The notes under the pieces are model-generated. The model was not told the origin of the DNA and did no database searches. It saw nothing but the letters and a program-made list of their open reading frames with translations. The translations under genes and the position numbers were made by a program. Below, one piece after another: positions 1 to 9,680 of a stretch of DNA of 64,000 nt (its first letter is position 1; every line of letters begins with the position of its first letter). The stretch is from Spirochaetia bacterium (GTDB taxonomy: Bacteria; Spirochaetota; Spirochaetia; SZUA-6; Bin103), in assembly GCA_965199955.1 (NCBI GenBank), contig CBDATQ010000001.1, positions 1,888,001 to 1,952,000 of the forward strand, read 5' to 3'.

Positions 1-2
1 TG

Positions 3-752
3 CAGGCCGCGCTGATCCTGGGCCGCGCCGGCTGGCCCGGCTTCTTCGAGTCGGCCGAGCGCATGATCCGCAGCCACGTGCTGCCGTCGCAGTGGCGGGT
101 TGGCGGCCAACGGGGGGCTGGCGGCCAACCCTACCGCCAGCCGGCCGACGACCCGAAGAACCCGCCGCCGCGGGTGCCGGACGCCGAGGACGGCGGCTGG
201 GGATGCCCGGCGGTCAACGACCGCTACGGCGGCTCGCGCTTCGGTGTCCTGGACATCACGCAGGGCGGCATCCAGTGCCTGTGGGCGGCGATCCGCGACG
301 GCATCGCCCAGGACGACTTCGGCACGGCCGTGCACCTGCTGTTCTCGAACCGGGTCCCGTCGCTGCAGGTGGACAGCGGCCTGCCGGGGCGGGGCCTCCT
401 GCGCATTGCCACAGAGGCGTCGGAACGGGCACCGGCCACGCTGCGGGTCCGCCGGCCGAGCTGGCTGGACGGCGGCCGGCTGGCCGTGCGGCGCGACGGC
501 GTAGCGGAGCGGCCGTCTCTGACCGAGCACTGGATGATCGTCCCGGTGGCCGGCCCCGCTACCGTCGAGATCACGTTCCCGGTGACAAGGCGCGGCGGCA
601 CCGAGTGGGTGAACCACCGGCCCTGGCACGTGGTCTGGGACGGCGACCAGGTGGTGGCCATGGATCCGAAGGGGGAGTGCGCGCCGATGTACCCGAGCGC
701 CGCCGAGTTGAACGGCCGGACGGCACCCGGTACCGGCCCAGGCGGCGGGTGA
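3..752 (+). CDS. C-terminal part of a GH127-like (beta-L-arabinofuranosidase-type) glycoside hydrolase; 5' end outside window
   Basis: Frame is open from position 3 (QAALILGRAGWPGFFESAERMIRSHVLPSQ). The C-terminal 'LRVRRPSWLD...VEITFP' beta-sandwich resembles GH127/GH146. Confidence 0.55.
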   Translation, partial: QAALILGRAGWPGFFESAERMIRSHVLPSQWRVGGQRGAGGQPYRQPADDPKNPPPRVPDAEDGGWGCPAVNDRYGGSRFGVLDITQGGIQCLWAAIRDGIAQDDFGTAVHLLFSNRVPSLQVDSGLPGRGLLRIATEASERAPATLRVRRPSWLDGGRLAVRRDGVAERPSLTEHWMIVPVAGPATVEITFPVTRRGGTEWVNHRPWHVVWDGDQVVAMDPKGECAPMYPSAAELNGRTAPGTGPGGG

Positions 753-825
753 TCGGCGCCGCGCACGTTGGCGGACACCGGGCACTGGTGGCGGTGCTAA
801 GATGCGCCGCGATCCGCGAAGCACG

Positions 826-1542
826 ATGACGAGCGAAGCACGGGAGACGTTGATCGAAGCCGAGGACCTCACCAGGGTGTTCGGCGCCGGCGCCGAGAAG
901 GTGAACGCGCTCAGGGGCGTGTCGATCTCGGTCCGGACCGGCTGCTTCGTGCTGCTTCGCGGCCGTTCGGGCTCCGGCAAGACCACGCTGCTCAACCTGC
1001 TGGGCGGACTCGATCGGCCAACCAGCGGCACCGTGAAGGTGGACGGACGCGACCTGCAGGCCATGAGCGGCGGGCAGCGCAACCGCTGGCGGCGCGACAC
1101 GGCGGCCTTCGTGTTTCAGGCGCTCGCGCTGCTGCCCGGGCTCACCGCGCTGGAGAACGTCGACCTGCCGCTGCGCATCGCGGGGGTGGATCCCCGCACC
1201 GCCGCCGCCAGAGCGCGGGAGCAGCTCGAACGGGTGGGCCTCGGGCCGCGCGCCCACCACCGCGTGTTCGAGCTGTCCGGCGGCGAGCAGCAGCGCGTCG
1301 CCATGGCCCGCGCCCTGGTCAAGCAGCCGGCGGTGCTGTTCGCCGACGAGCCGACCGGCGAGCTCGACCAGGGATCGGGCGCCACTGTGCTGCAGCTCCT
1401 CCGTTCCGCGGTCGAAGAACGGCGCATGACGGCCGTGGTTACCAGCCACGACCACCTGGCGACCGGCTACGCCGACCGGGTGTACGCGATCGCGGACGGC
1501 ATGCTGCATCAGGTCGAACCGCCAGAGGCCGGCACGTCGTGA
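826..1542 (+). CDS. ABC transporter ATP-binding protein (LolD/MacB-like)
   Basis: Walker A GRSGSGKTT, signature LSGGEQQR, Walker B LFADEPTG, H-loop. Confidence 0.93.
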   Translation: MTSEARETLIEAEDLTRVFGAGAEKVNALRGVSISVRTGCFVLLRGRSGSGKTTLLNLLGGLDRPTSGTVKVDGRDLQAMSGGQRNRWRRDTAAFVFQALALLPGLTALENVDLPLRIAGVDPRTAAARAREQLERVGLGPRAHHRVFELSGGEQQRVAMARALVKQPAVLFADEPTGELDQGSGATVLQLLRSAVEERRMTAVVTSHDHLATGYADRVYAIADGMLHQVEPPEAGTS

Positions 1543-2582
1543 GGGTGATCGCGGCGTCTCCGCGCCGCTTCGTGCTGCTCGCCGTTCGCGGGGCGCTCGC
1601 GGTGCTCGGCGTGGCCGTCTTCGCCGTGCTCGCGGGCTGCGGCCCGGAGGCCGACGATCTGGAGTTGCCGGCCGAGCTGTCGGAGCTGGGCGCCCGCGCA
1701 TCGGCGCCCACCTACCCCGTGGAGCGGAGCGATCTGGCCGTCGTGATCGAGCGGGTGGCGCGCGTGCAGTCGGTGCGGCTGCAGGAGCTGTACTTCCAGG
1801 AGGGCGGCCGGCTGGCGGAGCTCAACGTCGGCACCGGCGACCAGGTGACGCAGGGGCAGATCCTGGCGCGGGTCGCCAGCGGCCCGCTTCAGCACAGCTT
1901 GCGCCTGGCCGAGATCGACCTGGAGATCGACCGTTTGCGGGCGGCCTCGCAGGGTCCGGGCTCCTCCAGCGTCGACCGGCAGATCCGGCAGCTCGAGTTG
2001 ACCAAGCGCGAGGCGGCGGTCGACTTCCTGCGGCGGCGCGTGGAAGCGCACACCATCCGCGCCCCCTACGACGGCGTGATCACCAGGGTGAACCCGGTGG
2101 TGGACGAGGTCGTCGAGGGCTACCGCACCATTATCGAGATCGCCGATCCACAGGACCTGGAGCTGCAGATGGATGTCAGCGTGGACCAGTTCGACCGGAT
2201 GGCGGTCGGGCAGTCGGCGGAGGTCGAGATCAGCAGGGGCACCTGGGCGCCGGGCACGGTGTCGCGGCTTACCAGCCGCACTTCGGGCCGCGATGCCGCC
2301 CTGCGGCGCGAGGAGTACGTCGTGCACCTGCGGCTGGACGAAGCCGACGCGGTGTCGTTCCGCATGGGCGCCCGCCACGCGGCCCGCGTGCTGGTCGACT
2401 TCCGCCAGGACACGCTGCTGATTCCCATCTCGACCCTGCGCGAGTTCCAGGGCCGGACCTACGTGCGCGTCCTGGAAGGGGTGCAGCGGCGCGAGGTGGA
2501 CGTGAAGGTCGGTGTCCGCACCGACACGCGCGTGGAGATCCTGGAGGGCCTGGAGTCCGGGCAGACCGTCATCGGCAAGTGA
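1539..2582 (+). CDS. Periplasmic adaptor / membrane fusion protein (MacA/HlyD family), probable lipoprotein
   Basis: LAGC lipobox, lipoyl-like halves (VGTGDQVTQGQILA / IRAPYDGVI), C-terminal VEILEGLESGQTVI. Confidence 0.88.
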   Translation: MRVIAASPRRFVLLAVRGALAVLGVAVFAVLAGCGPEADDLELPAELSELGARASAPTYPVERSDLAVVIERVARVQSVRLQELYFQEGGRLAELNVGTGDQVTQGQILARVASGPLQHSLRLAEIDLEIDRLRAASQGPGSSSVDRQIRQLELTKREAAVDFLRRRVEAHTIRAPYDGVITRVNPVVDEVVEGYRTIIEIADPQDLELQMDVSVDQFDRMAVGQSAEVEISRGTWAPGTVSRLTSRTSGRDAALRREEYVVHLRLDEADAVSFRMGARHAARVLVDFRQDTLLIPISTLREFQGRTYVRVLEGVQRREVDVKVGVRTDTRVEILEGLESGQTVIGK

Positions 2583-2686
2583 CGGTGCATTTCCCCGTGT
2601 GGCGACAGCGGCGACGCGCGCCTGACGCGATGATGAATCCTGTACGGAGAGCGTCATGCGCCGGCCCCGGGCGGGAACGCACCGTC
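2581..2686. mobile_element. Probable MITE (106 bp) with terminal inverted repeats and a 4-bp target duplication
   Basis: Ends gacggtgc...gcaccgtc, extending imperfectly to ttccc/gggaa. Flanked by aagt at 2577-2580 and 2687-2690. Inner inverted repeat tgacgc (2623-28) / gcgtca (2651-56). Confidence 0.55.
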
Positions 2687-2699
2687 AAGTGAGGGTGAG

Positions 2700-5618
2700 G
2701 TGATCCTGCAGTCGGCCAAGGTCGGCCGCTTCGTGCTTGCGCTCCTGTTGATCACGTGCAAGCGGATTGCCAAGAACTGGCGCATGGTGACGCCGCTGTT
2801 GCTGGGACTGGTTCTGGCATCCGCGTTCGTGGCCGCGGTGCCGATCTACTCCGCGGCAAGCCTGCAGCGCAGCTTCATCCAGCACTGGCGCGAGCAGGAC
2901 AGCTTTCGCGCCCCGTTCGCAGTGATCCCGTCGCACCGCAATCCGCGCCGCAAGCTGGCGGTGGAGCCCGCGCGGATCGCCGAGCTGGAGCGCTATCTCG
3001 GCGACGCGCTGCAGGCGGCGGCGGGCCACCCGCCGGAGAGCGTCTCGTCCTACAAGACGTTCGGCGTCGACTTCCTGATGCTCTCCGCGGATGCCGAGCC
3101 GGGAGGCCGCGTCACGCGCGCGGAGCTCGGCGTCATGAGCAACCTGCAGGAGCACGCGGACCTGGTCGACGGCCGCTGGTTCAGCGACCGCTCCGACGGC
3201 GTGGTCGAGGTGGTGGTCGGCGGACGCACGCTGGACGAGCTGGAGCTGCTGGTCGGGGCGCGCTACTGGTGGGCGTACGGCCTGCGGGAAGATGAGGAGA
3301 TCGATCCGGAGGCCGGCATCGACATCCGCACCCTGCAGGGACAGCGCTTTGCCGTCGTCCCGGTCGAGGTGGTCGGTCTGGTGCGTCCGCGGCCGGGCCT
3401 GACCTCACGCGAATGGATCTACCCGCTGCTGCCGGACCGCCTGTTCATCCGCGGCGAGCCGTTCGCGCGCATGCAGGAGGCGGGCCTGCGCGTCGATCGT
3501 GCCGACTGGCAGTGGGTGTTCGACGACCGGCGGGTGCAGGTCGCCGACGTCGGCCGCCTGATCGCGCACCTGGAAGCGATCGAAGTTCGCATGGCCGAGC
3601 TGATCCCCGACACCGAGTTCTGGCTGTCGCCGCTGGATTTCTTTCGCGGATTCAAGCGGATCCTGGACCAGGTATCGCTGTTCCTGCTGTCCCTGGCGGC
3701 GCCGACGCTGGCCATGATCGTCGCCTACGTGATGCTGATGGCGGCGCTCAGCGTCGAGCAGCGCATCGCGGAAGTGGCCACGCTGCACAGCCGCGGCGCC
3801 GGGCGGCTGCAGGTGCTGGCCAGCTTCGCGCTGGAGTGGGCGGTCCTGGCCGCCGTGGCGGCAATGATCGGCCCGCACGTGGGGCTGATCGCCGCACGCG
3901 CGGTCGGCTCGACCGAGGGATTCCTGGGCTTCGCGGCGATCGCCGGCGCCGCCGGCGATGCCGGTTCCGGCCTGCCGCTGGCGGTCACCCGGCAGGCCCG
4001 CTGGTTCGCGGCGCTGGCGAGCGTGCTGGCGGTGGCCGCCGCGGTGGGGCCGGCCGCCGCGGGCGGCCGGCTGTCGGTGGTCACCCTCAGGCAGCTTCGC
4101 GCGCGCGGCATGCGCCGCTCGTTCTGGCACCGCTACTTCATCGACGTGATCGTGATCGGGGTCGGCTTCTACGGCTACTCCAGCCTGCGCTGGCAGTCGA
4201 TCCGCCTGGCGCCGGATGCCACCGTCGAAGCCGACCCGCTGCTGTTCATGGTCCCGGTGCTCTTCTTCCTGGGCTTCGGGCTGGTGCTGCTGCGGCTGTT
4301 TCCGCTGGCGATGGCGGCGCTGAGCCGGCTGACCGCCGTCGTGCGCGGGGTGGTGTGGCAGCTCAGCTTCCGCCGGCTGGCGCGCAACACCGGGCCGTTC
4401 GTCTCCGTGGTGGTGCTGCTGATCGTCACCGTGGCGATGGGCATCTACAACGGTTCGGCGGCGCGCACCCTGCAGCTCAACATCGCCGACCGGATCCGCT
4501 ACCTGGTGGGCGCGGAGGTGGTGGTCATCGAGTCGTGGATCCCGCCGGACCCCGAGAACCCGGAACCGGCGCGGCGGCGGGAGGACCCGCGGCCGGTCGC
4601 CGCGAGCGAGCCGCCGTGGGTGGCGCGCGCCGAGATACCCGGCGTGGAGGCGATGGCGCGCGTGCTCTACCGCCGGGCGGAGGGGCGCAGGGGATCGCGG
4701 CAGCTCGGCGCGTTCAACCTGATGGCCTTGGCGCCGCAGGAGTTCGTGCACGCGGCGTGGCAGCGGGACGACCTGCTGCCGTATCCGTTCACGGACTACC
4801 TGGCGGCGCTGGCTCGCCACCGGGAGGGGGTGCTGATCAGCCGGTGGCTGGCCGGACGCTACGACCTGGGACCGGGGGACGCCTTCACCATCGAGTACCA
4901 GAACCAGCCGATCGAGGTGTACGTCGTCGCCGTGATCCCCTACTGGCCGGCGCTCGATCCGTCCGACCGCGCGTTCGTGGTGGCCAACCTCGCGCACGTA
5001 CAGGACTTCACCGTGCTGGAGCCGTACGAGAGCTGGTACACCGTGAACGAGGAAGAGATGATCTCGCCGGACGGCCTGACCGGGGTGGACCTCCTGGTCG
5101 ACGAGCTCTCTTCGATCGGCGTGATCGCCGAGCGGGTCATGGACACCCGCGGGCAGCTCGCCGAGCTGCAGCGCGAGCCCTACCGCCGCGGCTTCTTCGG
5201 CGTGCTGTCGCTGGGCTTCGTCGCGGCGGCGGCGGTGACGGTGCTGGCGCTGCTGGTCTCCACCATCTCCGCGACGCGGGAGCAGTCCGTGCAGCTCGTC
5301 GCCCTGCGCGCCAACGGCCTGTCGGCGCTGCAGACTACCGGCGTGCTGGCAGTGGAGCGCCTGTTGACCGTCGGCGTGGGCGTGGGGCTCGGCGTCGCGG
5401 GCGCGCGCATCGCGTCGCTGCTGTTCCTGCCGCTCCTGCGCGACCGCGCCGCGGAGGTGTCGACCGTGCCGCCGTACCTGGTGGTGAGCGACGTGGCCGA
5501 CCTCACCGCGCTGCTGCTGGTGGTGGCCGCCGCGCTGGCGGCCGCGGTGGTGGCGGTGGCCATGTTCATCGGCCGGCGCCAGGTGGCCGGCGCCGTACGC
5601 CTGGGAGAGGAGCCGTGA
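2700..5618 (+). CDS. Large FtsX/MacB-type ABC permease with two FtsX domains
   Basis: 972 aa with multiple TM segments and two 'E..tL.s.Ga' FtsX motifs (EVATLHSRGAG; QLVALRANGLS). Confidence 0.88.
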   Translation: MILQSAKVGRFVLALLLITCKRIAKNWRMVTPLLLGLVLASAFVAAVPIYSAASLQRSFIQHWREQDSFRAPFAVIPSHRNPRRKLAVEPARIAELERYLGDALQAAAGHPPESVSSYKTFGVDFLMLSADAEPGGRVTRAELGVMSNLQEHADLVDGRWFSDRSDGVVEVVVGGRTLDELELLVGARYWWAYGLREDEEIDPEAGIDIRTLQGQRFAVVPVEVVGLVRPRPGLTSREWIYPLLPDRLFIRGEPFARMQEAGLRVDRADWQWVFDDRRVQVADVGRLIAHLEAIEVRMAELIPDTEFWLSPLDFFRGFKRILDQVSLFLLSLAAPTLAMIVAYVMLMAALSVEQRIAEVATLHSRGAGRLQVLASFALEWAVLAAVAAMIGPHVGLIAARAVGSTEGFLGFAAIAGAAGDAGSGLPLAVTRQARWFAALASVLAVAAAVGPAAAGGRLSVVTLRQLRARGMRRSFWHRYFIDVIVIGVGFYGYSSLRWQSIRLAPDATVEADPLLFMVPVLFFLGFGLVLLRLFPLAMAALSRLTAVVRGVVWQLSFRRLARNTGPFVSVVVLLIVTVAMGIYNGSAARTLQLNIADRIRYLVGAEVVVIESWIPPDPENPEPARRREDPRPVAASEPPWVARAEIPGVEAMARVLYRRAEGRRGSRQLGAFNLMALAPQEFVHAAWQRDDLLPYPFTDYLAALARHREGVLISRWLAGRYDLGPGDAFTIEYQNQPIEVYVVAVIPYWPALDPSDRAFVVANLAHVQDFTVLEPYESWYTVNEEEMISPDGLTGVDLLVDELSSIGVIAERVMDTRGQLAELQREPYRRGFFGVLSLGFVAAAAVTVLALLVSTISATREQSVQLVALRANGLSALQTTGVLAVERLLTVGVGVGLGVAGARIASLLFLPLLRDRAAEVSTVPPYLVVSDVADLTALLLVVAAALAAAVVAVAMFIGRRQVAGAVRLGEEP

Positions 5619-6559
5619 GCGATCCGACCGATGCCCGGGCGATCCGCTGCGCCGGCCTGATCAAGATCTACAAGATCGAGGACATCGAGGTGGTCGCTCT
5701 GCAGGGGCTGGACCTGGAGGTGGGTCGCGGCGAGCTGATGGGGATCATCGGCCCCAGCGGCAGCGGCAAGACCACGCTGATGAGCGTGCTGGGCGGGCTG
5801 GACACGCCGTCGGCCGGCCGCGCGTGGGTCTCCGGCATCGACCTGGTGGCGCTCAACGACCGGCAGCGGCTCCGCTACCGCCGCCGGGACGTGGGCTTCG
5901 TCTGGCAGAACACCGCGCGCAACCTGATCCCGTACCTGACCGCCGTGGAGAACGTCGAGCTGGCCATGATGGTGGCCGGCCGCTTCGACCGGCCGCGCGC
6001 GCTGGAGCTGCTGCGCCTGGTCGGGTTGGGCCACCGTACCCGCCACCGGCCGCAGGCCATGTCCACGGGCGAGCAGCAGCGCGTGGCAGTCGCCATCGCC
6101 CTGGCCAACGAGCCGCACGTGCTGCTGGCCGACGAGCCGACCGGATCGCTGGACGATGAGAATGCTGCCCGCCTGCTGACCCTGTTCGACACCGTGCGGC
6201 GCGAGCTCGGCGTCACGGTCGTGATCGTCACCCACGACACCAACGTGGCCGGGTCGCTGGACCGCTACGTGGCGATCCGCGACGGCAAGACCGCCGCCGA
6301 GGCGGTGCGCCTGTCCGACCCGCGTCCGTCCAATCGGGAGGTCGCGGAGGACGGTGTGGAGGGAGCCGCGGACCCGGACGAGACCGCCGACACCCCTCCC
6401 GACGCCGATGCACCGAGCCACGACCACTTCGTGCTGCTCGACTCGGCCGGCCGCATGCAGGTCCCGGAGGAGCTGCGCGGCCGCTACGGCATCGGCGGGC
6501 GGGTGCGGCTGGTGGAGGAAGAGGGCCGGCTGGTGATCGAGCCCCCCGGCGACGGCTGA
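5615..6559 (+). CDS. ABC ATP-binding protein with a C-terminal AbrB/MraZ-like domain
   Basis: GTG start overlaps the permease stop. GPSGSGKTT, MSTGEQQR, LLADEPTG. C-terminus FVLLDSAGRMQVPEELRGRYGIGGRVRL. Confidence 0.88.
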   Translation: MSDPTDARAIRCAGLIKIYKIEDIEVVALQGLDLEVGRGELMGIIGPSGSGKTTLMSVLGGLDTPSAGRAWVSGIDLVALNDRQRLRYRRRDVGFVWQNTARNLIPYLTAVENVELAMMVAGRFDRPRALELLRLVGLGHRTRHRPQAMSTGEQQRVAVAIALANEPHVLLADEPTGSLDDENAARLLTLFDTVRRELGVTVVIVTHDTNVAGSLDRYVAIRDGKTAAEAVRLSDPRPSNREVAEDGVEGAADPDETADTPPDADAPSHDHFVLLDSAGRMQVPEELRGRYGIGGRVRLVEEEGRLVIEPPGDG

Positions 6560-6661
6560 TCGACGGCGGCGTCGCGGCACCGCCTGTCCCCATGGGTTGA
6601 TCCGGCCCTCCGGGACGGGGTACAACTCCCGCTGAACGACACTCTCACCGGAGGTTTCGCA

Positions 6662-8626
6662 ATGCTAGGACGATACTCTCGAGGTAGAACCCCGTGGTTT
6701 CTACTCATCGCGGCGATCGCGCTGCTGCTGACGCCGCTCGCGGCATCCGCCGACGGCTTCCCACAGGTCTACGAGCTGGGCGCCTGGGAGGCGGAGTCCG
6801 GCCCGCTGACCCTGTCGGAATCGCCGATGACTCAGGCGATGGTCGACGCCGGTGACCTGCCACCGCTCGCCGAGCGCATCCCGGCCGAACCGGTCGTGAT
6901 CGTGCCGACCGAAGAGGTAGGCAGCTACGGCGGCACGATGAACTTTCTCACCGACGGCGGCAGCGGCTGGACGGACAACTGGTTCCTGTACGAGTTCCCG
7001 GCGGTCCTGACCCCGGACCTCGCACAGATCGTGCCCAACACGCTGGCCGGCTGGGAGGCGAACGACGACGCGAGCACCTGGACCCTCTACCTGCGCGAGG
7101 GCATCCGCTGGAGCGACGGCACGCCGCACACCGCCGACGACTGGCTGTTCTACTGGAACGACATGGCCCTCAACACGGACATGTTCGCCAGCGGCATGTC
7201 CTTCGTGGACGGCGCCGAGGAGCCGGGCGAGATTCGCAAGATCGACGACTACACGATTCAGATCTCCTTCGACGAGCCGCGCGGCACGCTCATCGAGCAG
7301 ATGACCTTCCTGCGGCCCACGCCCTACCTGCCCGCGCACTACCTGAAGCAGTTCCACCCCACCTACACCGACATGAGCGAGATCGAGAAGGAGATCAAGG
7401 AACGCGGCCTGGAGACCTGGACCGACGTGATGAACCAGGAGTGGAAGCAGGAGAGCCTGTCGGTCAACCGGCCGTACCTGACGTCCTGGGTGCCGGCCAA
7501 CTCCTACAAGGACCCGATCTTCACCCTGAAGCGCAACCCCTATTACTTCAAGGTGGACTCGGCCGGCAACCAGCTCCCGTACATCGACCAGATCGACATG
7601 GAGAGCATCCAGGGCGCCGGCGAGGCGTTCTTCCTCAAGTCCATCTCCGGCGACGTCGACTGGTTCCTCACCGGCGCCTTCGGAGGCCTGGACAGCCTGC
7701 CGCTGGCCGTGCACAAGGGCATCGAGAACGACTTCCGCATCATCGAGCCGATCCCGAACTGCGCCAACTCGGTCGGCACGACCTGGTTCAACCTGTTCCA
7801 CCCCGACCCCGGGATGCGCGAGGTGCTCCGCAACAAGGACTTCCGCCTGGGGCTGTCCCACTCGGTCAACCGCGACGAGGTCAACCAGCTCCTGTTCAAG
7901 GGCGCGGGCACCATCGCCAACCCGACGTTCGTGTTCGGGCCTCCCTACCACGGCGAGCGCTTCGCGCAGGTCGGCCTGGAGTACGACGTGGAGCTGGCCA
8001 ACAGCCTGCTCGACCGGGCGGGGCTGGACAAGCGCGACTCCGAGGGCTTCCGCCTGCGTCCGGACGGCGAACGGATGCGCATCCTGCTCTCCATCCCGAA
8101 CAAGTGGTCGCTCCTGGCCAGCGAGGCGGCGGAGCTGTACGACGGCTACTGGGAGGCGGTCGGCGTCGAGGTGCAGCCCACCGTCGTCGAGTGGTCGACC
8201 TTCTGGTCACAGCTCGACAACAGCGAGCACGACGTGGCCATTCACGCCAACTGCATGGGCGGGCGGATCGTCAATCCGCTGTTCCGGGCCGACTTCGGCG
8301 CCGTCACGCGCTGGCGCTTCGCTCAGGAGTGGTACCAGTGGATCGCCAGCGACGGAGCCGAGGGCGAGGAGCCGCCGGAGGCGTTCAAGCGCTACCGGGC
8401 GATCCGCGACCAGGCGGTGCAGGAGCCGGATGAGGCCAAGCGCATCGCGGCCGTGCAGGAGATGATAGGGATCCTCTACGACGAGCTGTTCGTCACCTTC
8501 GGCACGGTGGTGCCGCCGAACCTGCGCGGCTACCAGATAGCCACGAACCGCCTGCGCAACGTGCCGAATCCGCAGCAGTCGACCGGCATCTTCAACATTC
8601 CGGCGCAGTTCTACCTGCGCATGTAG
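6662..8626 (+). CDS. ABC transporter substrate-binding protein, family 5 (Opp/Dpp-like, probably binding an oligosaccharide or other solute)
   Basis: Signal peptide (ASA cleavage site), LPPLAERIP, LREGIRWSDGTPHTADD, RNPYYFKVD; GGAGG RBS upstream. Confidence 0.92.
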   Translation: MLGRYSRGRTPWFLLIAAIALLLTPLAASADGFPQVYELGAWEAESGPLTLSESPMTQAMVDAGDLPPLAERIPAEPVVIVPTEEVGSYGGTMNFLTDGGSGWTDNWFLYEFPAVLTPDLAQIVPNTLAGWEANDDASTWTLYLREGIRWSDGTPHTADDWLFYWNDMALNTDMFASGMSFVDGAEEPGEIRKIDDYTIQISFDEPRGTLIEQMTFLRPTPYLPAHYLKQFHPTYTDMSEIEKEIKERGLETWTDVMNQEWKQESLSVNRPYLTSWVPANSYKDPIFTLKRNPYYFKVDSAGNQLPYIDQIDMESIQGAGEAFFLKSISGDVDWFLTGAFGGLDSLPLAVHKGIENDFRIIEPIPNCANSVGTTWFNLFHPDPGMREVLRNKDFRLGLSHSVNRDEVNQLLFKGAGTIANPTFVFGPPYHGERFAQVGLEYDVELANSLLDRAGLDKRDSEGFRLRPDGERMRILLSIPNKWSLLASEAAELYDGYWEAVGVEVQPTVVEWSTFWSQLDNSEHDVAIHANCMGGRIVNPLFRADFGAVTRWRFAQEWYQWIASDGAEGEEPPEAFKRYRAIRDQAVQEPDEAKRIAAVQEMIGILYDELFVTFGTVVPPNLRGYQIATNRLRNVPNPQQSTGIFNIPAQFYLRM

Positions 8627-8650
8627 CGGCCGGATTTCACGGATAGGATA

Positions 8651-8676
8651 GAAGGAGGGGCGCGCGCCCCTCCTTC
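8651..8676 (+). terminator. Perfect 26-bp palindrome after the binding-protein gene (terminator or mRNA-stabilising stem-loop)
   Basis: gaaggaggggcgc/gcgcccctccttc followed by gcttttct. Confidence 0.7.
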
Positions 8677-8691
8677 GCTTTCTCACGGCGG

Positions 8692-9675
8692 ATGCTGCCC
8701 TTCATCGCCCGCCGCACGGCGCTCATGGTGCCGGTGCTGCTGGCCGTCTCGCTCCTCAGCTTCATCATCATCGAGTTGCCGCCCGGCGACTACTTCAGCT
8801 ACTACATCGAGCGCCTCTACGCCCAGGGCGAGGTGGTCGACGAGTCCCTGATCGAGTCGTTGCGCATGCAGTACGGCGTCGATGGGCCGCTCGCCATCCA
8901 GTACCTGAAGTGGCTGAGCAAGGTCGTGCGCGGCGACCTGGGCCGCTCGCTCTCAGGCGAGCTCGTGATCGTGATCGTGCGCGAGCGCCTGCCCTGGAGC
9001 ATCCTGATCACGGCGGTCTCGTTCGTGTTCGTGCACGTGGTCGGCATCCCCATCGGCGTGCTGTCGGCCACGAAGCAGTACTCGATCCGCGATTACGTCG
9101 CGACCTTCATCGGCTTCATCGGCCTGGCGGTGCCCAACTTCCTGCTGGCGCTGGTGATGGTCTGGGCGTGGTTCGCCTGGACCGGCCAGGTGCAGATCGG
9201 CCTGTTCTCGCGCGAGTACGCGATGGCGCCGTGGAGTCCGGCGAGGATCTGGGACCTGCTCAAGCACCTGATCATCCCCGCCGTCGTGATCGGCACGGCC
9301 GGCACGGCCGGCACCATCCGCAGCATCCGCGCCAACCTCCTGGACGAGCTGCAGAAGACCTACGTAACGGTGGCCCGCGCCAAGGGGCTGTCGGAGACGC
9401 GGGTGCTTTACAAGTACCCGTTCCGGATCGCGGTCAACCCCTGGGCCAGCACCATCGGCTGGCTGCTGCCCAGCTTGGTGAGCGGCGAGGTGCTGGTGTC
9501 GCTGGTGCTCGGCTTTCCGACCCTGGGGCCGATCCTGCTGGACGCGCTGCTCGGTCAGGACCTGTTCCTGGCCTCCAGCATCATCATGATCCTGAGCACC
9601 CTGACCGTGATCGGCACGCTGGTCTCCGACATCGTCCTGGCGTGGCTGGATCCGCGCATCCGCCAGTCGGTGTGA
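8692..9675 (+). CDS. ABC permease (OppB/DppB-like)
   Basis: ELPPGD N-terminus, EAA-like loop YVTVARAKGLSE, LDPRIR C-terminus. Confidence 0.93.
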   Translation: MLPFIARRTALMVPVLLAVSLLSFIIIELPPGDYFSYYIERLYAQGEVVDESLIESLRMQYGVDGPLAIQYLKWLSKVVRGDLGRSLSGELVIVIVRERLPWSILITAVSFVFVHVVGIPIGVLSATKQYSIRDYVATFIGFIGLAVPNFLLALVMVWAWFAWTGQVQIGLFSREYAMAPWSPARIWDLLKHLIIPAVVIGTAGTAGTIRSIRANLLDELQKTYVTVARAKGLSETRVLYKYPFRIAVNPWASTIGWLLPSLVSGEVLVSLVLGFPTLGPILLDALLGQDLFLASSIIMILSTLTVIGTLVSDIVLAWLDPRIRQSV

Positions 9676-9680
9676 GCGGC

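Noticed and set aside
3413..6559. 1048-aa ORF suggesting a giant ATPase fusion
   Set aside because: The first ~730 codons are an off-frame shadow of the permease; the real gene starts at GTG 5615.
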